This document shows positions 1 to 14,075 of a stretch of 64,000 bases of DNA, piece by piece (positions within the stretch are counted from its first letter, which is position 1; the number at the start of each line of letters is the position of its first letter). A model generated the notes under the pieces. That model did no database searches, had not been told where the DNA came from, and was given only the letters and a program-made list of their open reading frames with translations. Source of the DNA: Octopus vulgaris (lineage: Eukaryota). Made by a program: the position numbers and the translations under genes. The stretch spans positions 34,596,001 through 34,660,000 of the forward strand of contig OX597826.1 in NCBI GenBank assembly GCA_951406725.2. The letters run 5' to 3'.

Positions 1-102
1 ACAAAGTAATTTTGGTTTAGTTCCAACCGAATGTGCAGTAACTTGAGCAAATGTCTTCTATTATAGCCCTTGGCTGACAAATGCCTTGTGGGTAAATTTG
101 TA
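1..102 (+). mobile_element. Degraded fragment of the CORE-like tRNA-SINE family (same family as 13208-13606)
   Basis: 'acttgagcaaatgtcttctattatagcccttggctgacaaatgccttgtgggtaaatttgta' aligns by eye to the reverse complement of the 13470-13530 and 33835-33900 segments. Confidence 0.6.
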
Positions 103-188
103 AGTTGTAACCTCAGCTAACAAAGAGTTGAAGCTTGTAAAAATATTTTCTCAACCCAGCTTTACTTGTGGCTGAACAGCAGCAACAG

Positions 189-553
189 TGGAGGCGCAAT
201 GGACCAATGGTTAGGGCAGTGGACTCGCGGTCGGAGGATCGCAGTTTCGATTCCCAGACCGGGCGTTGTGTGTTTATTGAGCGAAAACACCTAAAGCTCC
301 ACGAGGCTCCGGCAAGGAGGGGTGGCGACCCCTGATGTACTCTTTCGCTCCAACTTTCTCTCACTCTTTCTTCCTGTTTCTTGTCCCCGACTTCCTACGC
401 AACCGCTGAGCCTGGATGCGCAATCATCCATCCGTCGATGCTCTCGGTGTCAGGGGCTGACCTGTTTTCTCTTCTGCGGGTATTACGAATAGCAAACGAC
501 CACGTTTCGGATTTCTCCCATCTTGCGAGCTCTGGGACGAAGACCGTTCGCTC
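189..553 (+). mobile_element. tRNA-derived SINE (family A, CAA/CAG-tailed)
   Basis: tRNA-like head with an A box ('tggaccaatggttagggc') and B box ('gtttcgattccc'). About 185 nt are shared with 5012-5200. Degenerate TSD aacagcagcaacag (175-188) / aacagcaataacag (554-567). Confidence 0.8.
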
Positions 554-1984
554 AACAGCAATAACAGCAACAAGAACGACTGTTGCAGTAGCAGTAGTAA
601 CAGTAGTACTAGGAGTGGGACAGATATGAATATTAAGAAAGTAAACACATTGTTGAATTTAGTTCCCTTGAAAAAAGTTTCGTGTATCCATTAACAATGA
701 AAGGGTTATCTCGCTTGGCACTTTTAACCACAGTTAACCACAGCTGTAATGTAAACTATTCCAATAGTTGTGAGTGTTTCTTACGCAAAATGTATTAAGA
801 CAAACTTAACAAAGTGACGATAAGTTTATAAAATCATTGAAATAAAATTGAGCAGGATGTGTGCGAAAGATAAATGCGAGCAGTGGGGTGGTGGCTGAAG
901 AAACCTAACTTCTATTATTAAAAGGGTGATATCACTCAGAATTGGACAATAAACAAGGAGGAGGAATGAATTGGAGAGATTTTGGAAAAATTGGCGATAA
1001 TCAACACGAAGCCGAAATTTATAGAGGAATACACGTGGGAAATTAATGGCTTATAGGATTGATTCAATAATGTTTTCTATTTAAACAATAGCACAAATGC
1101 TAGTTGTTCAGAGTATTCACTCGGTAGGCTATTGGTCAAGTTCTTCGAAATGGTCAGAAATTGGAACTAGAAATAACTCGATTTGCTCATGTTTATTGAA
1201 GATTGGTAAAACATTTGCTCAACTTCGCTGCAATAAAGTAGAAAATGGCTAATACAATATGATAATGTTTACCAGATTTTTTTCTCCATAGCCTTGGCAA
1301 TTCATTGCATTATTTTAACTTATTTTGCTTAACGTTGTAAAGCAATAACAAAGTAGTTTAAAATTATATACAAAGTAAAGAAAAAGCACATTGAGACTTT
1401 AAGAAAAACATGTTATTAACTCGAATATAAGTGAAGAAATCACAAACACATTTATTCATGTTTTTTGTGAATAGGCCAACACGTGCCAATATTGAATATG
1501 ATTTAGTAAATATAAGAAAATATGATTTTGTAAATATGAAAAAATAGACTCTATTATATAAGAGAAAGAAATTGAGAATGAGCAGTAGCAGGGGAAAAGG
1601 GACGTTGGAGGGTGGGTGACAGTGGAGACTGAAAAAAAGAAAATGCGGGAAGGTGTGAGAAAGAAGAAAAAGTATGCAAGTGACAGTGAATTAATATAAA
1701 ATAATATAGACTTTTAATATTATTGGCAGAATTTTGCATCTTTTCAGTTTGTAGTCGATCGAATCAACCCAAATCTATGATGTTATAGGACTGGCCAGAT
1801 GTGAAGTTCGATTTGCTTTTGTTTAATACTCTATCGCCCTTACTGCTGGTTTCTTTCCTTCCAACTACAACATTATAAGAACAATTGAGTTTTTTTGTTT
1901 TTTTTTTGAAGATGATGAAGAATTTTAAACTTGCTTATCCAGCATTTGTCCCAATTATGTGCGCTCTGAGTTCAAATCCCGCTG

Positions 1985-2207
1985 AATACCTATTTCTTTA
2001 CTACCCACAAGGACAAACAAGGGCAGACAAACGGATTAAGTCGATTATATCGACCCCAGTGCGTAACTGGTACTTATTTAATCGACCCTGAACGGATGAA
2101 AGGCGAAGTCAACCTCGACGGAATTTGAACTCAGAATGTATCGGCAGACGAAAAACCGCTAAACACTTCGTCCGGCGTGCTAACGATTCTGCCAGCTCGG
2201 CGCCTTA
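1985..2207 (-). mobile_element. Nin/Deu-domain tRNA-SINE (family B), monomer plus linker
   Basis: Minus strand: 'taaggcgccgagctggcagaatcgttagc' head, 'gagttcaaattcc' B box, and Nin-like 'gcctttcatccgttcagggtcgattaaataagtaccag'. Many related copies occur in the window. Confidence 0.85.
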
Positions 2208-2426
2208 ATACCAAATAACTAATGGGCGAGATTGAGTTTATGGTGGAATTGAGAAAACTTTGGGTTTACGTGATTTGTGTTGATAATTCTCAAGCTTCCT
2301 TTATGTTTTTAGATTTCGTATCTCGTAATTGACTTTCCTTCTGACAGTATTGCAGCCCCAGCTGATAAAAACACATTTCTGAAAATGTTTGTAAAATTGA
2401 GAAAGTATAAGGAAACTTTGACTAAA

Positions 2427-2505
2427 ATCATAAGAATGTGGGGTCTCAAGACAACAACTTTTCCTATTATTATTGCAGTACTTAGAATGATTTCAAAAGG
2501 AGCAA
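2427..2505 (+). pseudogene. Small relic of R4/Dong-clade LINE C-terminus
   Basis: Translates as IIRMWGLKTTTFPIIIAVLRMISKGA, which parallels IGKMWNVKTETIPVVIGALGRIAKEA at 39700-39780. Confidence 0.45.
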
Positions 2506-3400
2506 GATGAGAATTATATCAAAATGAATAAAATTAAAATTCCGATGCCGAGTAACGGTGATAACCACAGAATGTCAGACGTGACGGAGCATCAATCGTA
2601 AAAAAACAAAAACATGACTATCACATGAATATTCGTGACTCCAACATTCTCTAGCATGGGTTAAATGCTAGAAAGATGGAGAGAAAAAAAGAAAAGAGAA
2701 ATAGAAAGCGCAAAATTTCTTAAGCAGACTATTCAAAATTTCCCTAACATAAACAGAAAAAGAAAAACTGCATTTCTCTAATACTGTGAATGGCCACAAT
2801 AAGAAACGACGATGGCCCTACAGAGAAATATTGGAAAGGTCTTCGTAATTGTAGACATTTCTCGTAGTGAGATAGAAAAATAGAAGAAAATTACGTACAT
2901 CCTTTTCAACCCAATAGAAACTGTTTTCGAAACATGAATTATGAAAATCTTGCCCACGGTGTGGATATTATTAAGATATGAACCGATATAACGAATAATG
3001 AGGATTTTTAGCTATAAGAATCCATTGAATTATACGATAGTGATTCATGAAGATTTTAGCTAAGGGCTAAATAATGAAGTAAAATAGCATTGTTGGTGTT
3101 GTTGTTGACTGTAGCCTCACCAGTGCAATATGTGTATGTAGGTATTAAGCTTTATACGAGCCTATGTATGTTTTTATACATGCATGTGTGTGTGTGTGGA
3201 TGTAGGTGTATATGTATGCATTTATGCGCATGTGCGTGTATTATAAGTGTATTTATACATGTATATTTATATAAGTGTATTTCTGTGGAAGTGTATAGAG
3301 GCAATATATATGGGTTGTACTTTTCTTACAATTAAAATCAAATTAATAATATCCACCTCGACCATTCAATCGCATGTAGATATTATTACTATTGTTGTTG

Positions 3401-3680
<280 letters not shown>

Positions 3681-3898
3681 TAGCACTACCAGTAAATAAT
3701 GGAAGCAATTGTGACAGCATTAATAATAATAATCATTATCAGAAATAACAGATGTTCAATTAGTAACATAGATACCTTATATTATTCTAACTCTCAAAGA
3801 TACAGCAGCAACAACAGTCACAATAATGTAATTGGTCTTTATATAAATATACACTCTATATACATATGTAATTTGTGTGTATATATATATATACCTCT

Positions 3899-3941
<43 letters not shown>

Positions 3942-4442
3942 TCATACATACATATTTTATCTACTCATCTATCCAACTAACAAGCTAACTCTATCTATTC
4001 GTGCAAACATATATACGCACATACCTATATACATGTATGCCTACATACACACATACACGTGCGCATATTTATGTATGTATGTATATATGTATATAACCTC
4101 AGGCTGTATATTGCTTTATTGAAGCCTATTTTCCGTAGTATTAACAGGATTTATCGTTACTGCAAGTCCCATCTCTATTAATAGCGTTTCTACCACAACT
4201 ACTGACGCTACCGCTTCTACCACTTCTTACAATGCAATTCTCAGCAACACAGCCACAGACACTAGTTCTTTGAACAATATCAGTCTTAACACCGTTTTCC
4301 TTATTTTTTTTTTTATCAAAGCCATTTCTCGCATAATTAATTGCCACTCGCCACGACCATCATTGCCTCAACGTACGACAAAATTGCCACCATCCTCTAT
4401 CCACTTCAGCATACACAGAATTACGAACAACAACGTCAATAT

Positions 4443-4847
4443 CCTTTTCTACTCTAGGCACAAGGCCCGAATTTTCTTTTTTTTTTTGCGGTGGGCAGTC
4501 GATTATAACGACCCCAATACGCAACAGGTATTTAGTTCATCAGAAAGGATGTCAGGCAAAGTCGACCTCGGCGAAATTTGAAATCAGAATGCAAAGACAG
4601 ACGAAATACCTATTTCTTTACTACCCACAGAGGGCTAAACACAGAGAGGACAAACAAGGACAGACAAACGGATTAAGTCGATTATATCGACCCCAGTGCG
4701 TAACTGGTACTTATTTAATCGACCTAGAAAGGATGAAAGGCAAAGTCGACCTCGGCGGAATTTGAACTCAGAACGTAGCGGCAGACGAAATACCGCTAGG
4801 CATTTCGCTTGGTGCGCTAACTTTTCTGCCAGCTCGCTACCTTAGAT
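4443..4847 (-). mobile_element. Full-length dimeric Nin-domain SINE (family B) with 12-bp TSD
   Basis: tRNA head + Nin domain + linker + second B-box/Nin domain + tail 'gggccttgtgcctagagtagaaaagg'. Flanked by caacgtcaatat at 4431-4442 and 4848-4859. Confidence 0.9.
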
Positions 4848-5011
4848 CAACGTCAATATTGTCACCGCCAACACAACACACAAACACCACCAGCAACGAC
4901 AACGCTTATCTTCCGCCACGACAAAAACCAACAATATCACCATCGCACATAACATCAATACCTTGCCACTATAAACAACTCCACCACCAGCAGTAGCAAC
5001 AGCAACACCAG

Positions 5012-5475
5012 TGGAGGCGCAGTGGCCCAGTGGTTAGGGCAGCGGATTCGCGGTCGTAAGAACATGGTTTCAATACCCAGGCCAGGCATTGTGAGTGTTT
5101 ATTAAGCAAAAACACCTAAGCTTCACGAGCTCCGTTGGGGATGGGGGGACCCCGCTGTACTCTTTCACCACAACTTTCTCTCACTCTTTTTTCCTACTTC
5201 TGCCACAAAACAGAGGAACCACTATGGTGTGGTAAAAACTTTCAGACCCTAGTCTTGATTGAGAATCCTCTGTACCCCAGGATGGTTCAGTTCTCCACCC
5301 GTTAAAAGCCACCGTTTACGAAATGAGGATAACAACGTAGCTATCGCGCCCGTGCAACCGCCAGTTTATCGCGTTTGGTGGGTGGATCTTAAAATTATCA
5401 CACGCATTCTTAGTAGCTTAAAGTAGGCTCGAATTATAGATTATTCTTCGTGGCTAATGGCGTGAGTCCTGGTTG
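5012..5475 (+). mobile_element. tRNA-derived SINE (family A head, different 3' half, ends in (GAA)n)
   Basis: 5012-5195 is homologous to 189-375; the sequence then diverges and runs into (GAA)n. Confidence 0.7.
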
Positions 5476-5590
5476 GAAGAAGAAGAAGAAGAAGAAGAAG
5501 AAGAAGAAGAAGAAGAAGAAGAAGAAGAAGAAGAAGAAGAAGAAGAAGAAGAAGAAGAAGAAGAAGAAGAAGACTACGACGACGACGACT
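5475..5590. repeat. Pure (GAA)n tract of about 97 nt followed by (GAC)n
   Basis: Directly visible in the sequence. Confidence 0.95.
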
Positions 5591-5649
5591 GCAACACCAT
5601 CGCCAAAACCGTCAATAACTTACTTGCTTACAGCTGTCCGTCAACGACT

Positions 5650-6130
5650 ACGTTGTCCTCTAGGATTCTTATCCTACATATTCTGAGTTATAGATGTGAA
5701 AACAGTTCGATCCTGAAATGGCAAGCGAAGTTGCCCATTAACAAGCGACGTTGCCCATTATGGTGTTTGTGAGTTTGAGATGACACTGATGTCTCTTTTC
5801 CTCAAGTTTCTCACCACGGATTAGTTCAAAAATAAGGTCCCCCCACACAGAAATTCTCCACCAAGCAGGTATCTCCAGCGATGAAGCTATCATTCAAAGT
5901 CGTCTTCTAAGATAGGTCGGCCACGTTATCAAGATGCCTGATAGTCATCTCCCGAAAATGGTGTTCTTCAGAGATCTGTTAAACAGTGACCCCAAAAAAG
6001 AGGTTCAGGGACCATTTTAAGCTTGTCTTCAAATCCTGTAACATTTAACCGACCCAAGTTCAATACTTTGCCCCGAACCGGCAAACCTGGCTCTTCATCT
6101 GCGACGAAGGTGCTGCACACTTTGAATTAA
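5650..6130 (+). mobile_element. Decayed RTE-clade LINE 3' ORF fragment
   Basis: Translated pieces: ILHILSYRCE (cf. LLYGCETW), HTEILHQAGISSDEAIIQSRLLR*VGHVIKMPDSHLPKMVF and PKKRFRDHFK...NRQTW. These match RTE C-terminal motifs RWxGHVxRM and KRxKD...DRxxW. Confidence 0.75.
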
Positions 6131-7339
6131 TCTGGTGTTAACACAACTACCACCAGCACATACACTAATCACTTCACCATCAATGCCACCATGAAGCATC
6201 ACTAACGTTGTCACCATGAATAACTCATAAAAACCAACCCTCTTTCAAAATATGCATTACAAACGCCGTTACTACTAAAATAAGAATTCAGATCTTACTG
6301 GCAAATGCACAGTAAATATTAGTATCAAAGTGTACGTCATAAGACTCGGATAATGCAACACAATTTAAGATGAAACTTGCTAATGTAGGATTCTTCAGGG
6401 ACACTTTTAACGACTGAAGAACGCCAGCTTGAAACATAGCAGAGAACGGAGAAGAGTGTAAATAGTTTGGATAAATATCATAAATCATTCTTCGCGCAAA
6501 GAAGGTGCAACCGTACAAAAAAGGTGCAGCCGTAGATATTGTACGGTCGAAAGGTTGTTGACCTGAAAGGCGCCCGGCTGTAAGAACACTTCCTCAAGTG
6601 TTATAAGGAAATGTCCGAAAGGAATCGGTGAAATCTATTCTACAAATTGATTGCCGTTTGAAAAGACACAGGTGTACACAAACATATATATATACTTATG
6701 TATGCATGCACATATATATATAAGTGTGTGCGCGGATGTGTGAGTATGTGTTTTCGTGTAAGTATGTATGCATACATGCGGACAAGCAAACACACGCCTA
6801 GAACACACGTTTACGCAACCGTACAAAAATATATAAATATGTATATCAACGTGCTTGTATTAATCTGTATGCGCGTATGTTTGTATGTGTATGTGTGTTA
6901 CGTAAATACGTATGTGTATGTGTGTGGTGTGTATGTGACAGAGAGAGAGAGAGAAAGAGAGAGACTAAGAGACACAGAGAGTATAAATGCGCAAATTGTA
7001 TTATAACGGAAAAGAACATATAACAAAAAAAACGCGAATATAACTTAACAACAATAAATGGGAATACAAAAACAACACCAAAAACGCAGAAAAGAAAGGC
7101 AGGAATGATAGCAATAATAGTAAGGAGGAGAACAGCCAAATCTATAGTGATTTATTGTTTCTATGTTATTAGTATTGAAGGAAATCAATGCCAAAGCTTA
7201 CCTACACCAAATTCTTCCTTGTCAGTTCTTCAAGTGGAACGATCGCCAAATTGCCTTTTTTTTTACTCTCACCAATCTATGTTCTTTGCTTCTACCAGAG
7301 TCTCCAATATTCATGCTGTATTGCACATTTCACTCTCTT

Positions 7340-7977
7340 TTCGTCTAAATCTTCAGATTTTGATTGTGTGTGCGTGTGCGTATGTGTGTGAGCGTGTGTG
7401 TATGTGTGTGTGTTTGTGTGTGGAGGAGAAAGATCACAGTTAGTGAACACCGGATTATTGTGAATGTGTTTACACACACACAAACACACACACAAAAACA
7501 CATGTATACACAGAAAATACACGCACACGCATTCATTCACAGCATATATATATATATATAGATAGATAGATATATATATATATACATGCATATATATATA
7601 CAAATATATATATACATATATATATATATATGTATAGATATATATAGATATATATATATACACATATATATATATATGTATATATACATATATATATATA
7701 TACACATAATTATACGCACATATGTGTGCGTGTGTGAATGGGTGCACGTGTGTGTCTGAAGGTAGGTGTGCGCCAGGTTATAAGAAAAAAAAAACAATTA
7801 ACATAAATTTGGTGTTGAAATATATTACTTGCATATGAGACAGCGAAAATAAAAAGGAAAGGCAGGTGTACTGCAACTGTGGCTTTATGTACATACATAC
7901 ATGCATACTTGCATACATACATATATATATATGTATGTATGTAAGTATGCATGTATGTATGTAAATATGTATGTATG

Positions 7978-8021
<44 letters not shown>

Positions 8022-8362
8022 TAAGTGTGTGTGCGTGCGCGTGTACATATACACAAACATATACACACATAAATATCCCACGTACCCCGGTGCATACACA
8101 TGCACACATAGATGTATGTACACATTTACAAATACGAATTTTTCTGTACATGGAAACATACACACTTGCAAATATGCATATCTTTATGTTAACATATACA
8201 TGCACATGCACGTATATATATATATATATATATTTATATATGTATATACATTTATAATATAGATATATACATTTATAAACATACATTTGTATATATGAAT
8301 GTATATGATACATTTATAAACATACATTTGTATATATATATATATAATATATATATATATTC

Positions 8363-8402
<40 letters not shown>

Positions 8403-9033
8403 CACACATATATGTGTGTGTGTGCCCGCGTATATATGTCTATATATACATATATAAACCTAAATACATACGCATACACATATTCGTATATATATAAACA
8501 TATACTTATAATATATATTTACATACATTACATACTCATATATGTATATATGTATGTATATATATATATATATTAATATATAGATAGATAGATAGTCAGA
8601 CAGACAGATGGGTGTATGGATAGATAGATAGATGGATAGATAGGTAGATACACACATGCACACACGTTTGCATGTGTTCATGTATGTTACTTTCAATACA
8701 CTTTTGTTACGAGAGTATATGTATATTATGCATGTATAATCTCAATATGTATTCCACGAGATGTTTAAGCCTGTTATTTATATGTTTTATTCCAACACAT
8801 TTACTTATGTGTGTGACTGTTTGTATTCCCTTCTGAATATCTCTCACTTCTCTTCCTGTCTTCTATATGTTATACATACACGCTCAAGTCAAAATATATA
8901 TTTGTACATACAAGCATACATATATATATATATATATATAATATGATTATATGTACAAATATGCAAATATATAGATAGATATACATATATACGTCTATAC
9001 ATATACATATATGTATACATATATATGTATACA

Positions 9034-9099
<66 letters not shown>

Positions 9100-9110
9100 A
9101 TATATATACA
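7340..9110. repeat. Large (TA)n/(CA)n/(TATG)n/(GATA)n low-complexity field
   Basis: Directly visible; it explains the many YI/CV/HT ORFs in this interval. Confidence 0.9.
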
Positions 9111-10106
9111 TGAAAACATTTCATAGCTAGTTCTCCCCCATGGCTGAAACTTTACTCAACATACATTGAAGGAAAAATCTGTGTGTGTGTAGATGTGTGT
9201 ATTGCCTGTTATATACATCATATTATATTATTATCTTTATAATTCACTTCCATCTTTACCCTTTAATTGTCACTTTAATTTTAACTTTCCTATGACATAC
9301 AACTTTCAAGATGGTATAATTTGGTTGTTCATTTTGAACCGATAAAAAGGTTTTTTCAAATATTTTATGTATAAGTCTGTGTGTGTGTATATATATGTGT
9401 TGGTATAAATATCAACACACAAAAATATTTTTTCTTCTCCACTTCCTCCCTTATTTTTATTTTTATTTTTATTTTTATTTTTTTATTTTTTATTCTTTAT
9501 ATTTTTATTTATTCTTTATATTTTTTTATTTTATTTTTTATTTTTTGTTTTTATTTTATTTTATTTTTTTTAAAATAAATATCTACAAATATGAACCATC
9601 TGATCTGATTACCTCAATTTTTCTAATATATAATACCTGTACATCATCTCCAAACCTTCCGATATATATACATACATATATATGTGTGTGTGTATTTATA
9701 CATATAAGTAAAACTTTGTCGGTGTATGGGCGTATCTGGATGTACGTGTGTATGTACGTATATATGTATATGTATATCTTTGTATTCTTAATTTGATCTC
9801 TAGATCTGCATTCCTATATCTCTAAATCGGACACAATCTGCAATAAACCATATTCCCTCTTTTGTTTATGGATATGGTATGTCTGGCAGAACTGCAGAAA
9901 CGTGGCCACAGTTTGGAAAAGTAGCAAGTAGTGCTAATACACTTTAAGAGGGTTATGTCCTGTAATTCATCATCCGAAAAATCAATGATAAGACAAGTCT
10001 GTCGATGTAAAATTGGGTAACGCATTACAAAAATAGCAAATTAACGATATATATACATCCACACACACGCAACATATAATTAGACATATATTTCTAAAAT
10101 ATATTT

Positions 10107-10470
10107 TCTTTTTTCCTCTTGGAACAAGGCCCGAAATTTTGGGGAAGAGGCCAGTCGATTATATCGACTCCAGTACGCCACTGCTACTTAATTTATCGAC
10201 CTTGAAAGGATGAAAAGCAAAAACCGACCTCGGCGGAATTTGAACTCAGAACGTAAAGACAAACGAAATACATGTTTCTTTATTACCCACAAGGGGCTAT
10301 ACATAGAGGGGACAAACAAGGACAGACAAACGGATTAAGTCGATTACATCGACCCCCAGCGCGTAACTGGTACTTAATTTATCGACCCCGAAAGGATGAA
10401 GGGCAAAGTCGACCTCGGCGGAATTTGAACTCAGAACGTAACGGCAGACGAAATACGTCTACGCCGCCTA
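10107..10470 (-). mobile_element. Dimeric Nin-domain SINE (family B), 5' head partly deleted
   Basis: Same two-domain + linker + tail layout as 4443-4847. Confidence 0.85.
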
Positions 10471-11001
10471 CGTATAAAGTATATATTAAATATATGTTTA
10501 TCTGTGTGTATATGTAGATGATTTAATTATTTGATATGATTCATGAAATATCTTGCGAACTGGATTTAGGCAAAGAGTATCTTTCTTATATCATGAGGAG
10601 TATCTTTTTTTATATCACCTATAAAAAAAGCAACCATCCGATGTTCATCCATCTTACTGAGTAGAAAAGATGAATTCCTGCTCGGTAATGCCTGACGGCT
10701 TGTTTGACATAGGAAACAATTTGAGAAGAGGAGACAAATTTCATTTCATTATCGTGAAGGAATGTTTTAACCATGTAACCATAACATTATAAATTACGTT
10801 GGTTTATTCATTTCTTTATACGTTTTAATTCTGGTGAAATATAAACGATCCAAATTGATAAAGCATATTGTCCTGTAATTTCAGTAGTAGGAACTTTGTG
10901 ACCAAACGTTCGATCTGTTCATTCAAAATTATAGCCTTTGTTATAGTGTTTTAAAACGTTATACCACTTCATATCCATGAACATATATATTTTTTTTTTT
11001 T

Positions 11002-11088
11002 CTAGTTTCAGCTCAGAGTAGCGGGCATGCTGATGCACCGCCGTTTAGCGGTTGTCAAGCGATGGCGGGAGAACAAACAGACACACAA

Positions 11089-11147
<59 letters not shown>

Positions 11148-11285
11148 TATATATACGACGATGTTTTACTGTTTCCGTCTGACTGAGACTATAGTAAAAG
11201 ACACTTGCCCATCGTGCAACGCAGTGGGACTGAACTCGGAACCATGTGGTTGGTAAGCAAGCTACTTACCACACAGCTACGCCTG
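11002..11285 (-). mobile_element. CORE-like tRNA-SINE (family C) with internal deletions and (CA)n
   Basis: Head 'gctgtgtggtaagtagcttgcttaccaaccacatggttccgagttcagtccc' and 'gggcaagtgtct' are shared with 13208-13606. Confidence 0.8.
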
Positions 11286-12861
11286 CCAAGCGAAAAAGTT
11301 CACATGACGGACCTCATTCTACCTGAACCTTGTATGAACAGACTGAAATGTTTGTTTTGGAATCATGCATTCTTTCTCCCACATCCCAGCGAATTTTTCC
11401 GAACCTTATTATTTATTTTTATTATTATTAATTTTTTTTTAATCATCGGAAATGTGTAACACCCGAAACAGTAAATTTTCTTCTCTCCCCTCCGTTAGTG
11501 TATTAAACACCATCGTACGTTTCTCTTTAAATTTTCTATTTATATGTCTACGCTTTATAGGCAACTGCTTTCTTCTGTCTGACATTGCGCGGTATTTTTG
11601 TTCATCCCTTTGACTCCAATATACTTGTATTGTTTATGGGAATTTGGCTTATTTGCAGATACACTTTATGTATATTGATAATTGATATTATCGACACTGC
11701 CACCACCTCTGTCTAATACGTTTGCGCTGTAAATAATTATTGTACTATTTGGAATGTCCACTGCTTTACATTGACCGGCTGCTTTAGGGTGGTGTGAAAG
11801 CATTGGATATTATGAGGCTTAGAACATTTCAATTCCCTCAATATATGAATGTGCATGTGAGTGCTTGTGTATACATATTTTTTTACATTATTATATAAAA
11901 TTTATATATCGCCAATTTACGCCTATAAATATAAGCCTCTGTTTATTTCCACATATATTGCTATTCACATTATTATTCGGTAATAGTAAAGAAAATAATA
12001 GATATGGGCAAAACAATTCACTGAAAATATACAACAGAAATTTCCTGTCCATTGTTTACGATGGCTAAAACACCGACAGAAGCGAATCAATGAATTTATG
12101 ACCAGTGAGAATATTGAATAGCAATATTGACCCAAGAGTGGCTAGTTATAGCTTAAATTTCGATATCAGCACCAAGGAAAGTAGATTTAAAAGGGAAATT
12201 ATGACTGTGTGTTTTAGACTAAATGACCTGACCTCAGCAACTAATGCGGTTGCATAGGCGAGATAAAGCTACATTGCGAGATTATATAATGCTTAAACAT
12301 ACACAACAGCTTTTGGTAAGACTCGAGAGGTTTATGGGTGAACAGCTATACATGGTTATCAAACATTATTTTGTATAGATACATAAAGAGACGGTGTCGG
12401 TTTTGTGTTTAAACCGATGTGAATCATTTTAAGATGGTGAAATTCTCGTGCTGCAACAAGATTTCTACTTTCACACAAACATACTTACAAACAAATATAT
12501 ATTCGTACATAATAACATGCATACATACACATACGTCCTTAGAACTACTTACAAATGTTCATATCACTATATTGTGCCCCGATCCTTTCAAGAGATTTGC
12601 GATAAGAATCTTCTTTACAGCTTCCTACTAATAGAAGCAAAATGCGTCCACATTAACATACATTACAAATACTTTGATCAGTAAGCAACCATAAATATCT
12701 TATATGTCAAAATTTGGCAAAAATTCGTTTTTTTTTTCTTTTCAATGTTTAATTCTGTTTCCAATTGCCAGTTCTTTTAGTCAAACTATTGTATCTCCAG
12801 TTGCTTCAGATGCCAAGATATGAAAATCGTAAAAGTGTAGTTCAACAGTTTAGTATTTTTG

Positions 12862-13062
12862 AAGTGTGTAGTAAGTCCAACATACGACAGTTTTGTGAAA
12901 AATATTTGTGACTAAAAATATAACATACATACAAGGAGTTACGATTAACAAGGAGTTACAACATATTATTAAGCTGGAACTGTGGCTAATGTAAAAGGAA
13001 ATGCAGTGGTGAAACTATATTTTCGTTTTCAGAAAATGCAGCGTTTTGGACTTACGACACTT
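12862..13062. mobile_element. MITE-like element with about 38-bp imperfect terminal inverted repeats
   Basis: aagtgtgtagtaagtccaacatacgacagttttgtgaaaa (12862-12901) versus the reverse complement of 13026-13062, aagtgtcgtaagtccaaaacgctgcattttctgaaaa. Confidence 0.55.
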
Positions 13063-13207
13063 TTGCATAATAGCAATGATATGCACGTGCTTACATATTT
13101 ACACGCATAAATATCATAAATATAGGAAAATGCAAAGGCGCGTGCATGCACACACATAATCATATAATGTGTGCACGTGCGTTTATGTGTGTAAGTATGT
13201 GAATATC

Positions 13208-13606
13208 TACTCTTTTACTCTTTTACTTGTTTCTGTCATTTGACTACGGCCACGATGGATCACCGCCTTTAGTAGAGCAAATCGACCCCAGGACTTATTC
13301 TTTGGAAGCCTAGTACTAATTCTATCGGTCTCTTTTGCCGAACCGCTAAGTTACGGGGACGTAAACACACTAGCATCGGTTGTCAAGCGATGTTGGGGGA
13401 ACAAACACAGACACACAAACATATACACATATATACATATATACGACGGGCTTCTTTCAGTTTCCGTCTACCAAATCCACTCACAAGGTTTTGGTCGGCC
13501 CGAGGCTATAGCAGGAGGCACTTGTTCAAGGTGCTACGTTGTGGGAATGAACCCGGAACCATGTGGTTGGTAAGCAAGCTACTTACCACACAGCCACTCC
13601 TGCGCC
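13208..13606 (-). mobile_element. Full-length CORE-like tRNA-SINE (family C)
   Basis: tRNA head (ggcgcaggagtggctgtgtggtaag...gggttcattccc), CORE-like 'caccttgaacaagtg', internal TA/TG microsatellite and (gtaaaaga)n tail. Confidence 0.9.
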
Positions 13607-13941
13607 TAGTTAAAATACATTTCGAAACGTGTCTTTGATTTTATGGAAATCCATATTTTTACTATTTATTTCACTAATCTGATACGTTTGAATTTTATAC
13701 AGCCTTAATACTAATTATTTTACACGAGAAATAATATAATCGATATCACTGATAATAATAAATATTTATCCATTTAAATATTATACCAATTCTATAACGT
13801 GGGCCTTTCTTGAATTCCTTTCTTTAATATAGAGCACTAAAAGGATTCAAGCATTCTTACAACTTCATTGCATGGCAAATTTCATGAAATTGCATTATTC
13901 ATATTTCTGCCAATCCTACCTGTTGTCGCTTATTTGGTAGT

Positions 13942-14028
<87 letters not shown>

Positions 14029-14075
14029 TGAGAGAGATAGACACATAAATAGATGGGTAGATAGATAGACAGATA

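Noticed and set aside
189-265. tRNA gene (also 18895-18965 and 50830-50900)
   Set aside because: A/B boxes are present but the cloverleaf is incomplete and continues into SINE bodies; these are SINE heads.
670-1300. Possible decayed coding sequence
   Set aside because: The frames examined have frequent stops and no identifiable motif.
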